Shown: positions 13,201 to 29,665, counted from the first letter of the whole stretch. The stretch: DNA of 63,123 nucleotides, filler included, from Collodictyon triciliatum (GCA_043381765.1; 4 parts of 4 records of this genome joined end to end with filler, not necessarily neighbours in it); one strand, 5' to 3'. The notes: a model not told the origin generated them from the sequence alone. Translations and numbers: made by a program.

Positions 13201-14721
13201 TCGGGCGGGTCTAGATGGCACCGCACAATCAGAGTGCGTATCATATATATCACGAAAAAATTTACTGTTACAATTCTCCTAATTAATGTCTTACGTATGT
13301 GTTAGGTGTCTGGCCTCATTTGTCGGACACAAAAAGTCTATTTCTAGTCTGGCTATTTCTCCATCAGGGAGACTCTGTGTTTCTGGTACAGACCCATAGC
13401 TGAATATATCTAGTTTTGATATTGATTTATCATCGAAGTAGTAAACATGACTGCTGGAGCTTGCAATTATCCTTACCTTGTTGTCTATCACTTACATTTC
13501 ATCAAAGTAGACCCTCTTTGTATGGACATTGATTTTAAATGATTTAAAATAATCAGGTGACCGCACTGGTGCCATCCGTGTTTGGGAGATTGATGATATC
13601 GGTGTATGTATTTCGTATGACTTAAAAAATTAATAACTAGAAAAAAAAAACCTAAGATTATTGCAATTGTTGAATAAATCAGTTCTTGGAATTCATTCCA
13701 CTCAAATATTCATTATCTACGTAGACCTCATCAGAGGCTGATGCATCCACCACAACCCAAGATGGTGGACCTGTTAAAAAGAGGTCGCAGGTGAGAGCGT
13801 GGTGTTGGGTGTTTTGGCGTAATATGTATATATGCTTATTCATGTCCATGGTTTGAGATATTTGGCCAGCCACGCCCTGGTGTCACTTTTACTCACACTC
13901 TCATTCACGTGAATAGGCCCTCTTTACATTCCATTATTCTGCTGTAGATGACTTGCAATTTATTTCCGAAGCAGTTATTGGTAAGAGACATCCTTGTGTG
14001 CCAATGATTTGTATGCTGTGACTCGGTTGTTTTCTTTGTTGCCCTTCTGGCCCTCTCCTGATTCATCACATCGCGCAACCAACCTCAACCTCAACCTCAA
14101 CCTCAACCTCAACCTCCATGCAGTGTCGAAAGGGTCGACAGACAGCTGTATCCTCCTGTGGAAGTTGCAGTCGCCCACTGCACAACGCTCCAACCCGTCG
14201 TACCGCGTGTTCAAGAAGGTGCTGCACCGCCCGGCAGAGGAGTTCCACCACAAGTTCTGCGTCTGCACCGGTACTTCATCACCTCTTCTCCTCCTTCTCC
14301 TTCTCCTTCTCCTTCTCCTCTTCCTAGTACTGCCACATCTCCCTGCCCAACACGGAGCAGAGCGCAGTGCCACTGACCGCACGACAATGCCACGCAGCAA
14401 CACAGCAGTTTGTGACGTCCAACTCGCACGGCGAAGTGACCATCTTCAACATGAACTACGAGTCCATCGACCAGTACCCCTATGCGGTAGGCACACCCCA
14501 TTTGCAGGCCCAGCGGCGGAGAATGCCCACCGACACACCCACTGACCCTTTGCCTTTGCCTCTGCCTCTGCCTCTGCCTCTGCCTCTGCCTCTGCATGTA
14601 GGTCCTGGCGTTCAAGGGGCAGTCCAGCACGATCCGCTCGGTGTGCATGAGCGACGACGGCAAGTACATCGCGTCGACCACGGACCAGAACCTGGTTGCC
14701 ATCTGGATGAAGCGCAGCTAG
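10259..14721 (+). CDS. LRWD1/ORCA-like WD40 protein with low-complexity N-terminus and AT-hook-like motif
   Basis: Spliced exons give LRLHSYHNDPEDVHTHVWASTF...VLVTAGGCYLCFYDCDTG, VFVAGGRHGILHII, GHKKSISSLAISP, and a C-terminus DDGKYIASTTDQNLVAIWMKRS*. These resemble the LRWD1 WD40 start (LQCHS.NN.P.D..TQLWACAF) and end (TDSNIVAIW). Exon 1 contains RKRGRKPK. No LRR is visible. Confidence 0.75.
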
Positions 14722-14879
14722 ACAGACACGCAAACGACAGCCCCACCCCCACACACAACTTATGTACCCGCACTAAAGAACCCGCCACAAGAAGGGCAGC
14801 AGAGACGCGGACAAGGCCATGAGGCCATGAAGCAAAGAGGCCATGAGGCAAAGAGGGGAAGGGCAAACGGAGGTTCATC

Positions 14880-16011
14880 TCAGAGGGCGGCAGCGGCGGG
14901 GCGCAGCCAGAGCGGAGTGGCGGGCGGGACGTGGGGGCAGCGGGCGAGGTGCGCGGTGAGGGAGCGGAGGGCGTCCGGGGTGAGGACGAGGAGCGAGTGG
15001 CGCAGGATGTCGTAGACGTGCGCGTGCGACGCCAGGGCGACCGAGACGTGCGGGATGTTGCCGGCCGCCCGCGTGAGGAGCGCCTGTTCCCGCGGCGAGA
15101 CCAGGAACAGCGCCGTCCGTGGCTGCGTGTGGCTGTGGCTGTGGCTGTGGCTGTGGCTGTGGCTCTCCGCCGCCTGCTGCAGGGCGCGCACCCGCTGCTC
15201 GAACCAGCGCGTCTTGGGGCCCTCGGGCGGGAGTGTGGCTGTTGTGGCCGTGTTTGCAAGCACAACGACCTCGTTCTGGGCGAGCTTTGCGGAGAGCGCG
15301 CTGCGCAGGCCCATGGCCAGCACCTTCTTGGGCAGCGCAATCGCCATGTCCCGCGGCTTTGGCCCGTGTGCGCGCCCTCCGCCCTTCAGCCCGGGCGCTC
15401 GCTTGCTGCCGCGGCGGGCACGCCCGGACCCCTTCTGCTGGTACATCTTGCGCGTGCTGCCGCTGACCTCCCCGCGCGCTGCAGTGGCCAAGAAAGTGAT
15501 GGTGATGATGGTGATGATGATGATGATGATAGTAGAGTGGACGCACATTTGGTGTGGCCCGTGCCCGCCCGCAGGCGTGCAAGGTGGAAGACGACGACGC
15601 GCTGCATCACGTCCGGGCGGATCTGTGCGCCAAAGACCAGCGGGTCCAGGGTGGCAAGGCCCACGCGCTCGCCCGTCAGGAAGTCGTGCAGCCAGGAGCG
15701 CACCACGCTGAGGCCGGCGCTGCCTGCAGATGGGGCGGGGGTTGTGTGAGAGGGGGAGGGGGAGGGAGAGGGAGAGGGGACAAGAGAGAGAGGGGCGACT
15801 CACTGCCTGTCTTGCCCGGCACGAGGACTTTGCCTTCATCGCGGGTGCGCAGGGTGGCCACGGCCGCGGGCTGTGTTGCGAGTGCCGGGCGGAGGGTGTG
15901 CAGGGTTCGGCCCAGTGCGGAGGCGCTTGCGCTGCTGAGGCTGGGGAGGGGGTTTGTCGCCCTGAGGCGGGTGGCCCCAAACAGCCCGAGCCGGCCGAGG
16001 GAGGACAGCAT
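14880..16011 (-). CDS. MRPL4: Mitochondrial ribosomal protein uL4m
   Basis: Transit-peptide-like N-terminus MLSSLGRLGLFG. After removing two introns the product reads [84 protein letters not shown]...NIP...VYDILRH..LVLT. Confidence 0.95.
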
Positions 16012-16032
16012 CCGACTCTGTGACCTGCAGAG

Positions 16033-16157
16033 TTTTTCTTTTTTTTTTCTTTTTTTCGTTTTTTCTTTTTTTTCTTTTTTTTCTTTTTTTTCTTTTTTTT
16101 CTTTTTTTTCTTTTTTTTCTTTTTTTTCTTTTTTTTCTTTTTTTTCTTTTTTTTCTN

Positions 16158-16241
<84 letters not shown>

Positions 16242-16337
16242 CTTTTTTTTCTTTTTTTTTTTTTTTTTCTTTTTTTTCTTTTTTTTCTTTTTTTTCTTTT
16301 TTTTCTTTTTTTTCTTTTTTTTCTTTTTTTTCTTTTT
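16033..16337. repeat. (TTTTTTTTC)n and poly-T tract upstream of MRPL4
   Basis: Seen directly. It contains a single N, so its length is uncertain. Confidence 0.9.
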
Positions 16338-17028
16338 GTCTTTTGTATCATGTCGAACGAGGGTGCAAAAGTGTCCTGGGGTGTACATCATCCCCTGGGC
16401 TTTGTGTACTCGGGGGCACCAAAGCAGCAGAGGGCTGTGCTGGGATGAATGCGGAACGGTGCAAGAGTAGGGGCTGCAGCCAGTCGCTGTTACCCACTCA
16501 CTCGGTTGATCACTCTGTGTGCTTTTCCTTTTATTTCCTTTTTCCTTTTTTTTTCTATTTGTTTTGCTTTTCCGTTTTGTTTGGGTGGGTGCGGTGTGGT
16601 TGCATCCTCGACAAAACAAAAAAAACCAGATTGAATCGTGAGATGCATCCTTTTTGTGGAAATCAGGCAGCCCTAAGAAAAATGCCCGCCTGCCAGGGAC
16701 AGCAACAAGCAGCAACAGCACAAAAGCTCGCAGGACAGAAGCCACCCACGTCTTCCTTGGATAAATCGTCCTTTTTAATGCGAGTGTGATAATATATAAC
16801 GGGCTGGCGACGCAGAGGCGAAGCGGTCTGACGGGAACAAGGCAGCCAGAGCGAAGGCGTTGAGAAATCGATGAAATGATGAAAATAAAATGTGAGAGAG
16901 AGAGAGAAATAGGAAAAGCAAAAGGGGGTGGAGATGTGAAAAAGATAGCCTCAAACTTAGGACGGGGAGTTCTCTTTTTCTTCTTTTGCTCTTATTTTTT
17001 TTCGGCCTGTGAGAGGTGGGGATGGTGC

Positions 17029-19857
<2,829 letters not shown>

Positions 19858-20131
19858 AGTTGAATGCTAGCTCAGAGACTCTTTTTTGTTGGTGTTGTAG
19901 GGTTGTTTTCGGGTCTCCTTCTGTCGGAGGTTTCTTGGCCTGTCGGGCTCTGATGCATTGAGGTTGGGTTCCAGGGCGTGTTAGTTGATCGAGAGTCGAA
20001 ATGGAGGGGCGGTTTGGCTGGGTGGAGCCGAGTTTTTTTTTCTTTTTTTCTTTTTTTCTTTTTTTCTTTTTTTCTTTTTTTCTTTTTTTCTTTTTTTCTT
20101 TTTTTCTTTTTTTCTTTTTTTCTTTTTTTCT

Positions 20132-20231
20132 NNNNNNNNNNNNNNNNNNNNNNNNNNNNNNNNNNNNNNNNNNNNTTAATTAATTAANNNNNNNNNNNNN
20201 NNNNNNNNNNNNNNNNNNNNNNNNNNNNNNN
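20132..20231. other. Assembly spacer N44-TTAATTAATTAA-N44 (gap of unknown size)
   Basis: The identical 100-bp construct occurs at 20132, 36372 and 52636. The 12-mer has stops in all six frames. Confidence 0.95.

Positions 20232-20325
<94 letters not shown>
20232..20325. repeat. (TTG)n microsatellite
   Basis: Seen directly, next to the gap. Confidence 0.95.
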
Positions 20326-20329
<4 letters not shown>

Positions 20330-20449
20330 TATTGATTGTTTTGACGCTTTGAAACAAATAAAAAAGGGAAAAAAAATATGGATTCATTGTTTTGTGTCAG
20401 TTTTTTTTCCTTCTAAAAAAAAAACAACGTCTTTTGATATGTAATCCAG

Positions 20450-22336
20450 TGCAACCATGAATCCTATGGATGTGATTAAAGTGCGGTTGCAGACACAAGG
20501 CCAATTGCATCACGGGGAAAAACTATACGGAGGCTTTTTCGACGCTTCAAGGAAGATAGTACAGATGGAAGGCATCACAGCTCTCGGAAAAGGGTTGTTC
20601 TATATGTTTATTTGTGTATCGCACATTTTTGAGATTTTTCAAATTTGATTCTGAAATGGCGTTCTCTTTGATTTTACATTCTTATTAGCATGACTGCGTC
20701 TGTTTTAAGAGAGGCAATATACTCATCTTTGAGACTTGGGTTGTACCGTCCTGTGCGTGACTTAATTGCCCCACCCGACCAAGGTTCGCAAGTTGAAAAT
20801 AAAAGCATAAAACTTTAAAAATTTTACTCTCTTCATCGATAGTATTACACTTTTAATTTTACCATCACACAAACTCAATCTCTAGATGCTGGACTTGGGA
20901 GAAAGATTTTAGCTGGGTTGACAACTGGAGCAATAGGTTCTTGTATCGCAAATCCAACAGATGTTGTAAAGGTAGAGCTGCTGGTCTTGTGGTTTTTTTT
21001 CCTTAAAAATATAAACACCACAAAAATATCTGCTAATGTCCATATCTTTCGACACAATAGATTAGGATGCAAGTACAAGGGCCGTTGAAACCAGGAGAAG
21101 TGTTGATTCTTTTATTTGGATATCATCATGAAGAGGGCATTATTATGTTTTTGAAGATTTTCACACCAATAAAAAAAATAATATATAGAGCCCACGGTAT
21201 AAGGGAATGATTGATGCTTTCATCAAAATATACAAAGAAGAAGGAGTAATTCGCGGATATTATAAGGTACCCTCCCCTGATTTTACTATATTTAAACTAT
21301 GTCCTCTTACAGGGCCAAAAAATAGAGAAAAGTAGATAAATGACAAATGTTATATTCACGATGATAGCTATATCTTAGCGCAATAAAATTGTTCGATTTT
21401 ATCAAAACTGAACACACACTTCACTAGGGTGTTAGTGCCACGGCGATTAGGGCAGCATTCCTTACAGGGGCGCAAATGAGCAGCTACGACCATAGCAAAT
21501 ATGTACTGCTTAACGACACGAATGGAATGTTCAAGAATGACTTCACAACCCATCTCATGTAATGACATTTAAACTGGTAACTTAAATTATGGTTGGGAAA
21601 ATAGCAATATTCCCTCAAAAAATATCTATATGAAATCCCAAAACTGCCATTATGTTGTATTTATCATTGTTTTGTTTTGTTTACCTATACAGCTGTTCAC
21701 TTATCAGTGGCTTTGTCACAGCATGCGTGACATCTCCAGTCGGTGAGATTTACGATTCCAAAAAAATTATTTCAGCGACCCTGTATGTCATACCTACCTC
21801 AGCAGTTAACCCTGAATCAATTCACAGATATAATAAAAACACGATTCATGAATGATTCTCAAGGTGAAAAAAAAATGTACACCGGAGTGTTGGATTGTTT
21901 TTTAAAGGTATTCATTCGGAAAGAGTTGTTTATTAATTGCATTTGCTCAAGAAATCACTTTTCATCATGACATTTCTCTTTTTATTTTAAAAAAAAAAAC
22001 ACAAATGAACACTAGTATTCTTTTTTACACGAGGCATATTCCATATTTCCTAAAAAAAAAAAAAAAAAACTAGACGGTAAAGAAAGATGGGCCGACGGCG
22101 TTATATCGCGGTTGGCTTCCAAACTACCTCCGACTGGGCCCGCATTTTGTGATAGTGAGTTATCTCCAAATCATAGTTCACTATTTAAAATTATGAACCG
22201 AATAACACCTAGAAAGGCGACCCGATAGTATCCCTTTCAAAGTTTTCAACCGGAGCATAATGCTTCTTTTTTTCTTTTTTAGTCACTCCCTCTGATGGAG
22301 TATCTCTGTGATGCATTCGGACTCAATGCTGTTTAA
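20450..22336 (+). CDS. Mitochondrial carrier (SLC25), UCP / oxoglutarate-malate carrier-like; first exon missing in the gap
   Basis: Three carrier signatures NPMDVIKVRLQ, NPTDVVKIRMQ and SPVDIIKTRFMN, plus REAIYSSLRLGLY and YRGWLPNYLRLGPH. Stop TAA at 22334-22336. Confidence 0.92.
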
Positions 22337-22633
22337 TCGGTGCCACGATGTTAAAAATCACTGATTTCCCCTCTCTTGCGTACTAAGCCCTCTTTATCCT
22401 TTTGATTGGCTTTGATTTATCTACTTTTCAAGAAAAGCTGGTCGAGATATAAACTCGTTTTGAAGGCTTTAAAAAATGAGGCACTATTTACTTAATCGTT
22501 TATTGATTATTTACGAATTTGGTGTGTGAAGGCATATTGGTTGGAGGTTGTATGTAGCACCTTTGTGATTGCAGAGTACATATTCGGACATAGTAAATGA
22601 AATATCATCCCTGCGAACTTGGTCCGCTTCTCC

Positions 22634-25600
22634 TCACTGATATACGGCGAATGTTCTTATATATGAACAACGAATAGATAAATTAATTCGCTGGTATTGA
22701 TACTGCATGCCCATTTCTAGTGTAGTTGAAAAAAATATAATGAAAGGATACAATACCGCGATAAATTGGTTCATTGATATCTCGGCGTTTGCGTTCACTT
22801 TTCCTGTTCTTGGATTGACCCGAAAAACTAATACGCAATAGTGAGTCTTGTTTGTGGCACACGAGAAAGCAATATGATATTGCACATAGCTCATGTGTAT
22901 TTACCTTTATAAATAATTTTTTTCACTTCTTCATCAGGTTTTGAAGGGTCAAACTTCTTGAATACCTAACAAATTCGTTATTTTCACATTATGAATTTTG
23001 TTTCAGTCCCACTGGTCATAAAATGATGATGTAGTTTATATTTTTTCTTTCATCCCTTAAGCTTCACACCTCTTTAGCCTCCATGGCAGTGATGGAATTC
23101 TGGGATGCACGCAGCTCAGTATGTGCCAGGACGAAGTTCTATGAATAATTGTCAGAAGCCCATTACCTTACAATTACTATATCATGAAAAGAGCTCATAA
23201 ACTTTCACGTTCGTAGCACTCCTCAAATCAAATCAAATCAAATCAAATCAAATCAAATCAAATCAAATCAAATCAAATCAAATCAAATCAAATCAAATCA
23301 AATCAAATCAAATCAAATCAAATCAAATCAATCGATATTTTAGCATAATCACTTCAAATTCCTGCAAATATTTATCTCGCTCCTCCATCAACTGATGCCG
23401 TATAGTTTCTATAAAGGCACCTAACCAAATGAAGAAATTAAAAAAAATTTGAAAGTGGACCTCAACAAGGAAAAATATAATATTTTTAATTTATAAAAAA
23501 AAAAAAAAAAAGTTAACACTATCAACTTAGCGCACATTAATTCAAAAAAAATCGGAACAATAATCAAAGAAAATTTTGCTCCGTCAGATTTTAGGTACAT
23601 TGGTTATACTCCATGTCTTCTTCAAATAACTTTTGAAACTCTACCACATCACTTGGTTGGTCATAGTCAAGAGCCTTGGAAAAAATTATGTTGCATTCAT
23701 TAACTAAGAATTAAGGTAAGAGCATTTCCGTATATGGGTGTACTAATAGCCAAAATACTTACATCACGAAGCATATCCATGTGTTTTTGTGATTTTGTCG
23801 GGAATATCTCTTTTACAGTTTCCAAAATCTGTTGCTTGGTTAGGGTACCCTTTACCTTGCTTTCAGGAGACAACTCTACCTGCAAGCTGTATTGTATTCT
23901 TAGATTTACATTCAAAGAAATATTACAAATGCTGATTATAGTTCTAAAAATGGAATCATCTAAATACCAAAATGATCTCTCTAAATCTCTCAAGACACTA
24001 AGGTCGTCAATGTAAACATCCTCCAGTAATTGACCTGCGATAAGAAAAACTGAAATTAGAGATGCATTTTTCAATATTGTTTTTATTGCACATAATTTGT
24101 ACTGTTTTCTTTGGATGTAACCTGTTAGTATTCGATGGAAAAGCTTCAAGTCTGAATCGAAATAGTATTTCTCCAGTGCACTAGATACATTGTATCTATA
24201 CATGATATTCAATAAGTTGACTGTAAGAATAAGAAATTCATCCTGAATATTGAGTGAATGGCTTCATAATTCTCTAGAAAAATAAACCCCCATTCGGCTA
24301 TGAGCTCATCGCTGACGAAGCGTTTCTTCAAGTACTAAAAATATTTAAATATTATCTCCTCTCAAAGGATGTTTTTAAAATCGAGCGCTTTCGATAACAT
24401 TAAATATCTATTTAAACATATACCGTGTAAAGAAAGTCGGAGAGCTTTTAAAGGGATTATTGATATGAAAAAATAAAACTGTTTAGTACGTTTTGGTGGG
24501 TGTAATTCCTGTGTTGGATTGGAATGATAATAACGGGGAAAATAAAAGATTCATAGATATAAAACACGAAATTGTAAATTTATATTATAGCATTTATGCA
24601 CCGGCTCCCGTGGAGAATCTCTAACGGCCTCTATCTTTTTCAAATACTGATTCCATACATCGCGCACTAAAATTAAAAAATAATCAAGAATCGATCCTAT
24701 ATACAAATTATTTAAGTGGTGTGAGAGCTACACACCAAAAAACTCTGTGTCACGTTTACTAAGCATTCGATTCTTAACACGTCCCTGGAATCTGATTATA
24801 AAATAAAATAGCTTCAAATAATTATCTACGAATTTAAATTTTTGTTTGAAATTGTCATCTTCCTATTAATTATCAAAATTCATTAAAAACCTTAGATAGC
24901 GGGGAACACTCTCGCTAAGACCATAGGCGACGAAGTGTCCTATTCGGTCATTTACATCGGACCTTTAACCCATAGATTTTGAAAAAAAATAATTAAAAAG
25001 CCGTATGGTTGGTTACTCGTAGCGTAAATAAGTCACTCCGATTATTGGAGTGGCGGACAAAAAAAAAAAAAAGAGCGATACGAGTACGGTTTAGATTTTC
25101 GGTTTTATATATAAAGAACCTATCATTTCCGAAGTGTTGCTTGGGTAGAAGATTAGTTAAATTATCGCATTCTTCTCTCAACTAGTATTGGTTAATTCTT
25201 TTTTTTAAAAAGGTTTGTAGAAATTCGAAGAAAATAAATTGCCTTTGATATCATTGCCAGCAAACGTCTGTTTGATTGTTGGTATTTATAAATGAATAAT
25301 TTCCTCATACTTTCTTGATTTCTGTGACCATTAGATTTAAGAGACCATCTGATGTCAACCCGTGAATTGCTTCACATCCAAATATTTCTTCGGCTATGCT
25401 CAAGTCGAACATGGCGTTCCCATGGTGGATGGTGGATATTGACTTTCTCATCTGCCTTGCACCTTTTAAAAATTCCTTTTACTAATATATTAAAGGGGCA
25501 CAACCGTTCTGCGTAAGGAAGAAATCGTTTCATTTTTGGATTTATTAATTATCAGAAAATACATAATAGTCAGAGAAGTAATGAGGTATCATACCAAGAC

Positions 25601-28600
25601 CTTCGCCCGTTTCTATCAGTCGCTGTTCCAAATTTCGCTTCTCAGATATTAAAATAGAACGCTCCTCGACCAATACATCTTTTGATTCCTGTGTAGCTTT
25701 CTGGAGCTGACTGAGTTCAGCAATCTCGACCATCTATATTATGTATTGGCATCAATTATACTACTAAACTTTTGAAAACCCTAAACTAATATTTCTCACA
25801 AGCTTGTTGATGGTAGAATAATTGGACTCGATTTGCCTCGTGAATTTCTGAACATCGGATATTGCTGATTCATAAAGAGAAGCGGGCACCTTTTCAAATT
25901 TGAGAAGATAAAAAAATAAATTAAAAGGCGGGTTTGAATGTGTTTTCATAAAGGGTATGTATTTGAAATATGAATATGAAGTCACACAGAAGATGATAGG
26001 CCCTCTCTACACCGCGAAATCTCCAGCAAAGCTTTATGTAGATCATTTTGAACTGGTTTGAAAGAAAATAATACCGATCAAAATAGAATTGATATTTTTT
26101 GAGCTATAAAAATTATAATTCACCACACTCTAGAATTTCCAAAAGCATTGTGCGTACAAAAAGCTGAATAACTCAAACCCGTTTCAAATTGGAACTTAAG
26201 AGTGTGTTCTGATTTCTTATACTCATCGATCTCATTCTCTTTTTGATAAATAGCTTCTTCGCTTTTTTTCAGCTTGATCAACAAACTATTGAGATCGAAT
26301 ATTAAAGAATCGAATTAGTATAAAAAAAAGCAACCAAATCAATTATATGAATTGGTATCTGGTATTGAATGGCCATAATTTGATTTGATGACATTATATT
26401 TTGGATACAATACGTACTCTTGCCTCTTTCCGAATGATTCTCTGACATTTTCTTTGGCAAATTCAATTTCTTTCGAAAGCTTTTCATTCTATTACGAAAA
26501 TAAAGGATAAGATTGACAGACATGGGAAACACTTTCTACATATTAAAAGCGATAAATTTAAAATGAGAAGGTCAAAATGAGCGTTGAATTTTCAAAAGTA
26601 AAATGAAATAAAATAAAATATGGAAAATACCTTTTCTGATGTTGATTGAAGGTTTTTTTGAGTCATTTCGAGCTCGGATTTATAATCTTCGCATTTTTCT
26701 CTACATCCATTTCATTAAATAGTAACAATATTAATAAATTATGAGGTTAATCCAAAAGAACATCATTTTCTTGACGTAGAGAAGAGAAACGAAATATAGT
26801 CATTTCTTATTTCACCAGAAGGTACATAAAAAAACTGTGAATTGAGTTTATGGCATGAATTTGATGACTACTTCCAAAACGCAATTTCTTGGTTTACAGA
26901 GTCAGTCCATCTCTCCCAGTCCTGTTTGTGTTGAACTTTAATTGATTCTAATTCAAGCCCAGATGGTCTCCTATAATTTAATTGAAATTGTATTTTCATC
27001 TTTGTCCTGTTTGTTTTAAAAAAAATGAAACGCTGGGCATTTTTTTTATTCTTCCTATCAATTTTGTACAGGATGGTGAAGATGTTGGCTTTGGTTCGCT
27101 AGCCAATGAATGAAACGCTGGGCATATATTTTCAATCAATACATAAATTCAAGGAATAATTTACGTATATTAAAGCCTACATTCTTTGGTTTTCATCGTC
27201 GAGAAGTTGGATAAAGGATTCATATTCTTGCTTTATGGATGATAATATTGGGCGGTATGTTGAAAATTGGTCTATGATAGAACCTAATCAAGAATAATCA
27301 TATCATCAAACCGAATTAAAACAACAGAGAATGTATTATATCGTTACCGAAAGCATCCTTGTAAATGAGGAATCTGGCTTTTGCATAGTTTTCACTAAAT
27401 ATAAAATTACGAATTTATTAAGGCACTCAATTAGGCAAATATTCGCTTAAGTTTGTAAAACACACATATTAGACAACATATGGATTACTCTTTTCTGTCA
27501 ATTCTTGGAAGTTCTCTTCGGATAAAGGCATGTATGTCGGCCAGCAGCTTTGGTTTCGATTTATTGCCATCAACATCCTTTAATGGTTCGATATAAATGT
27601 TATCAGTTGGAATAAGTCTAAAAGTGTAGTCAATGAGGTTTTTTTTTCATTAAATCTAATTGGATTCTTTATAAGAAATTACATCTTCATTCAAGCCCCC
27701 GCTAGTAATAAATATTTTACTTGTGTGTGCAACTTCCTGGTTGCTAAAAGGTAAATTTGTAAACTAACGGGAAAAAATTATCGGAAAATAAGATATTGCA
27801 TTAGAAAGAACCATGTACTTCTGATTAGTTGACATTGCAGTAGAATGGAAATTTGTTCCGAGTTTATTTTCTGATATATACCTGAATAAATAATTTTTGA
27901 GGGGGTTTCAGTGGGGGTTCACTTGAAAAAAAAAGGATTTTTTTCTCTTTATTCGATTCAAAGAAAAAATTAAGTGTGCTTCTTTCAAAATACAATAACG
28001 AAGGTAAAATGTACCGGGTCATTAATTGAGATGCTGTATCCTTAGAAACGGTGGACATATTTGGTCGAGTTGGAGGACTCAAAGGCCTACTGCATATGTT
28101 GAATTGGGAGTGCAAAGCATGCATTCACATCCTCAAATACTTTATTAGATATATTTAATCTTCATAATTAATACTTTTCTTGTGTTGCATTTGATTCTTC
28201 GGCCTTGCGTAAATGATGGCGTTGTGAGGAATGCTCTGCGAAAGGATTTTCAGAGGCAGCGATGTGAATGCCCTTATCTTGCCTGGGTGAGTTCTATTCA
28301 TAAAATGTTGAAAACAACTTCCCAGAATAAATATTATTAAAGTCCAAAATTAAGCTGACCCGTCTCACAGGTGGAGGGATCTAGCCTAGTACATCTCGTT
28401 TGAATATAAAGCTACTAAATATTTCATATTTTTTTTAAAAAAAAAAACTTTGGTTTTCGCTACTGGTGGACATTTGGGAGGTTTCGGGATTTGTTGGATT
28501 TCATCACTGTTGCAAATGTATCGGGTAGGGAGATGGTCCTTTCCTTTCGTCTATAAAAGAATGCATATTGTTAGATATGTAAAAAATGTAAATGATGTAA

Positions 28601-29143
28601 AATATGTTATGTCTGTGTATGAATCATAAATGGAAGAACGATTATACTAAAATATTAATACGTACCCTTGGACGAGGTGAGGGATTTTGAAAAGACTTTT
28701 GATAATAATCTAACTGTGATAAAAGTTTTTTTTAAAAAAAATAATTATATATTACATCTTGAATGTTAAAATTAGAAAATGGTATGATGGTGGATATGTG
28801 ATGATTACACTCGAGTTAGTTGACGGCTCATCAAGTATATTTTCCTTCCTTGATTGCTGCTGTAGAAAAAAATTAACGAGTTTTGAGATAGGTGTGGAAT
28901 TTCTATTCATTTGTTTTTTTAAAAAAAATAAGGAGGTATAAAGATATTCATTACAATTCAGAAAGCTACCCTTTGTCTTGGAGTTTCTTCGTCATAGGCC
29001 TTGATAATTGACTCTGGAACTTGAACATGTACTTGAGCATTTCGCTGGATTTGTGTTGGCGATTGGTTTGAGGACGATGTAGGTCGACCAAGTGCTGGAA
29101 GATATCCATCATGTTTTTGATGCAAATGGCTGGTGCAAGTCAT
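22634..29143 (-). CDS. TSNAXIP1-like (translin-associated factor X-interacting protein 1) cilia-associated coiled-coil protein, many small exons; ends approximate
   Basis: Exons give IIDQFSTYRPILSSIKQEYESFI (TSNAXIP1_N-like), FVAYGLSESVPRYLRFQGRVKNRMLSKRDTEFLVRDVW, LSDFLYTYLKKRF, and ALEKYYFDSDLKLFHRILTGQLLEDVY. Confidence 0.72.
23224..23330. repeat. (CAAAT)n intronic microsatellite
   Basis: Seen directly. Confidence 0.95.
27024..27125 (-). mobile_element. Family B micro-retroinsertion (68 bp, poly-A tail) with perfect 17-bp TSD
   Basis: AATGAAACGCTGGGCAT at 27024-27040 and 27109-27125 flanks an insert reading CATTGGCTAGCGAACCAAAGCCAACATCTTCACCATCCTGTACAAAATTGATAGGAAGAATAAAAAAA on the minus strand. 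It is intronic. Confidence 0.82.
27947..27963 (-). mobile_element. Family A core (CTTTGAATCGAATAAAG) with A-rich tail; no clear TSD
   Basis: Exact match to the core of the TSD-flanked copies at 5273 and 49537. It lies in a TSNAXIP1-like intron. Confidence 0.6.
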
Positions 29144-29348
29144 TTCCCGGGGCGATTTTCCACAAAATTTGGTCTCTTTACTTCTTTGATGGATGATCTC
29201 TTGAATCTTTGAATAGTTTATTTTTGCATTTTTCTATTAGTTTTTATGTTTTCCATTTGCTCTATGTTACTTAGAATTTCTTGTTCTTTTATGATTTCTT
29301 TTAAAAAATAATTGGTTGTATTAATTGTCATAAAACTATTGCTTCCTC

Positions 29349-29350
29349 AT

Positions 29351-29405
<55 letters not shown>

Positions 29406-29569
29406 TATTTTTTTGCAACGCATGAATCCCTAAAAGAGAAAATAACGATGAACCTTGTTTGGCACTTTTTCTCCGTACTCAGATTCTTTCAAATCTTGTA
29501 AGATTAAATCCAAGAAGTTTGTTAATTCACCATATATTGGATTTTTCAAGACATGGTAAGTTCATTTTA

Positions 29570-29665
<96 letters not shown>
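29349..29665. repeat. (ATTT)n (29349-29405) and (TTA)n (29568-29665) microsatellites
   Basis: Seen directly. Confidence 0.9.

Noticed and set aside
15836-16448. Poly-K/F/I/L/Y/N ORFs here and elsewhere
   Set aside because: They are translations of microsatellites and N gaps.
25243-25267. Possible 25-nt micro-exon with a GC donor in TSNAXIP1-like
   Set aside because: The flanking exons already join in phase 0 (EIKK|LREE). Including it would shift the frame.
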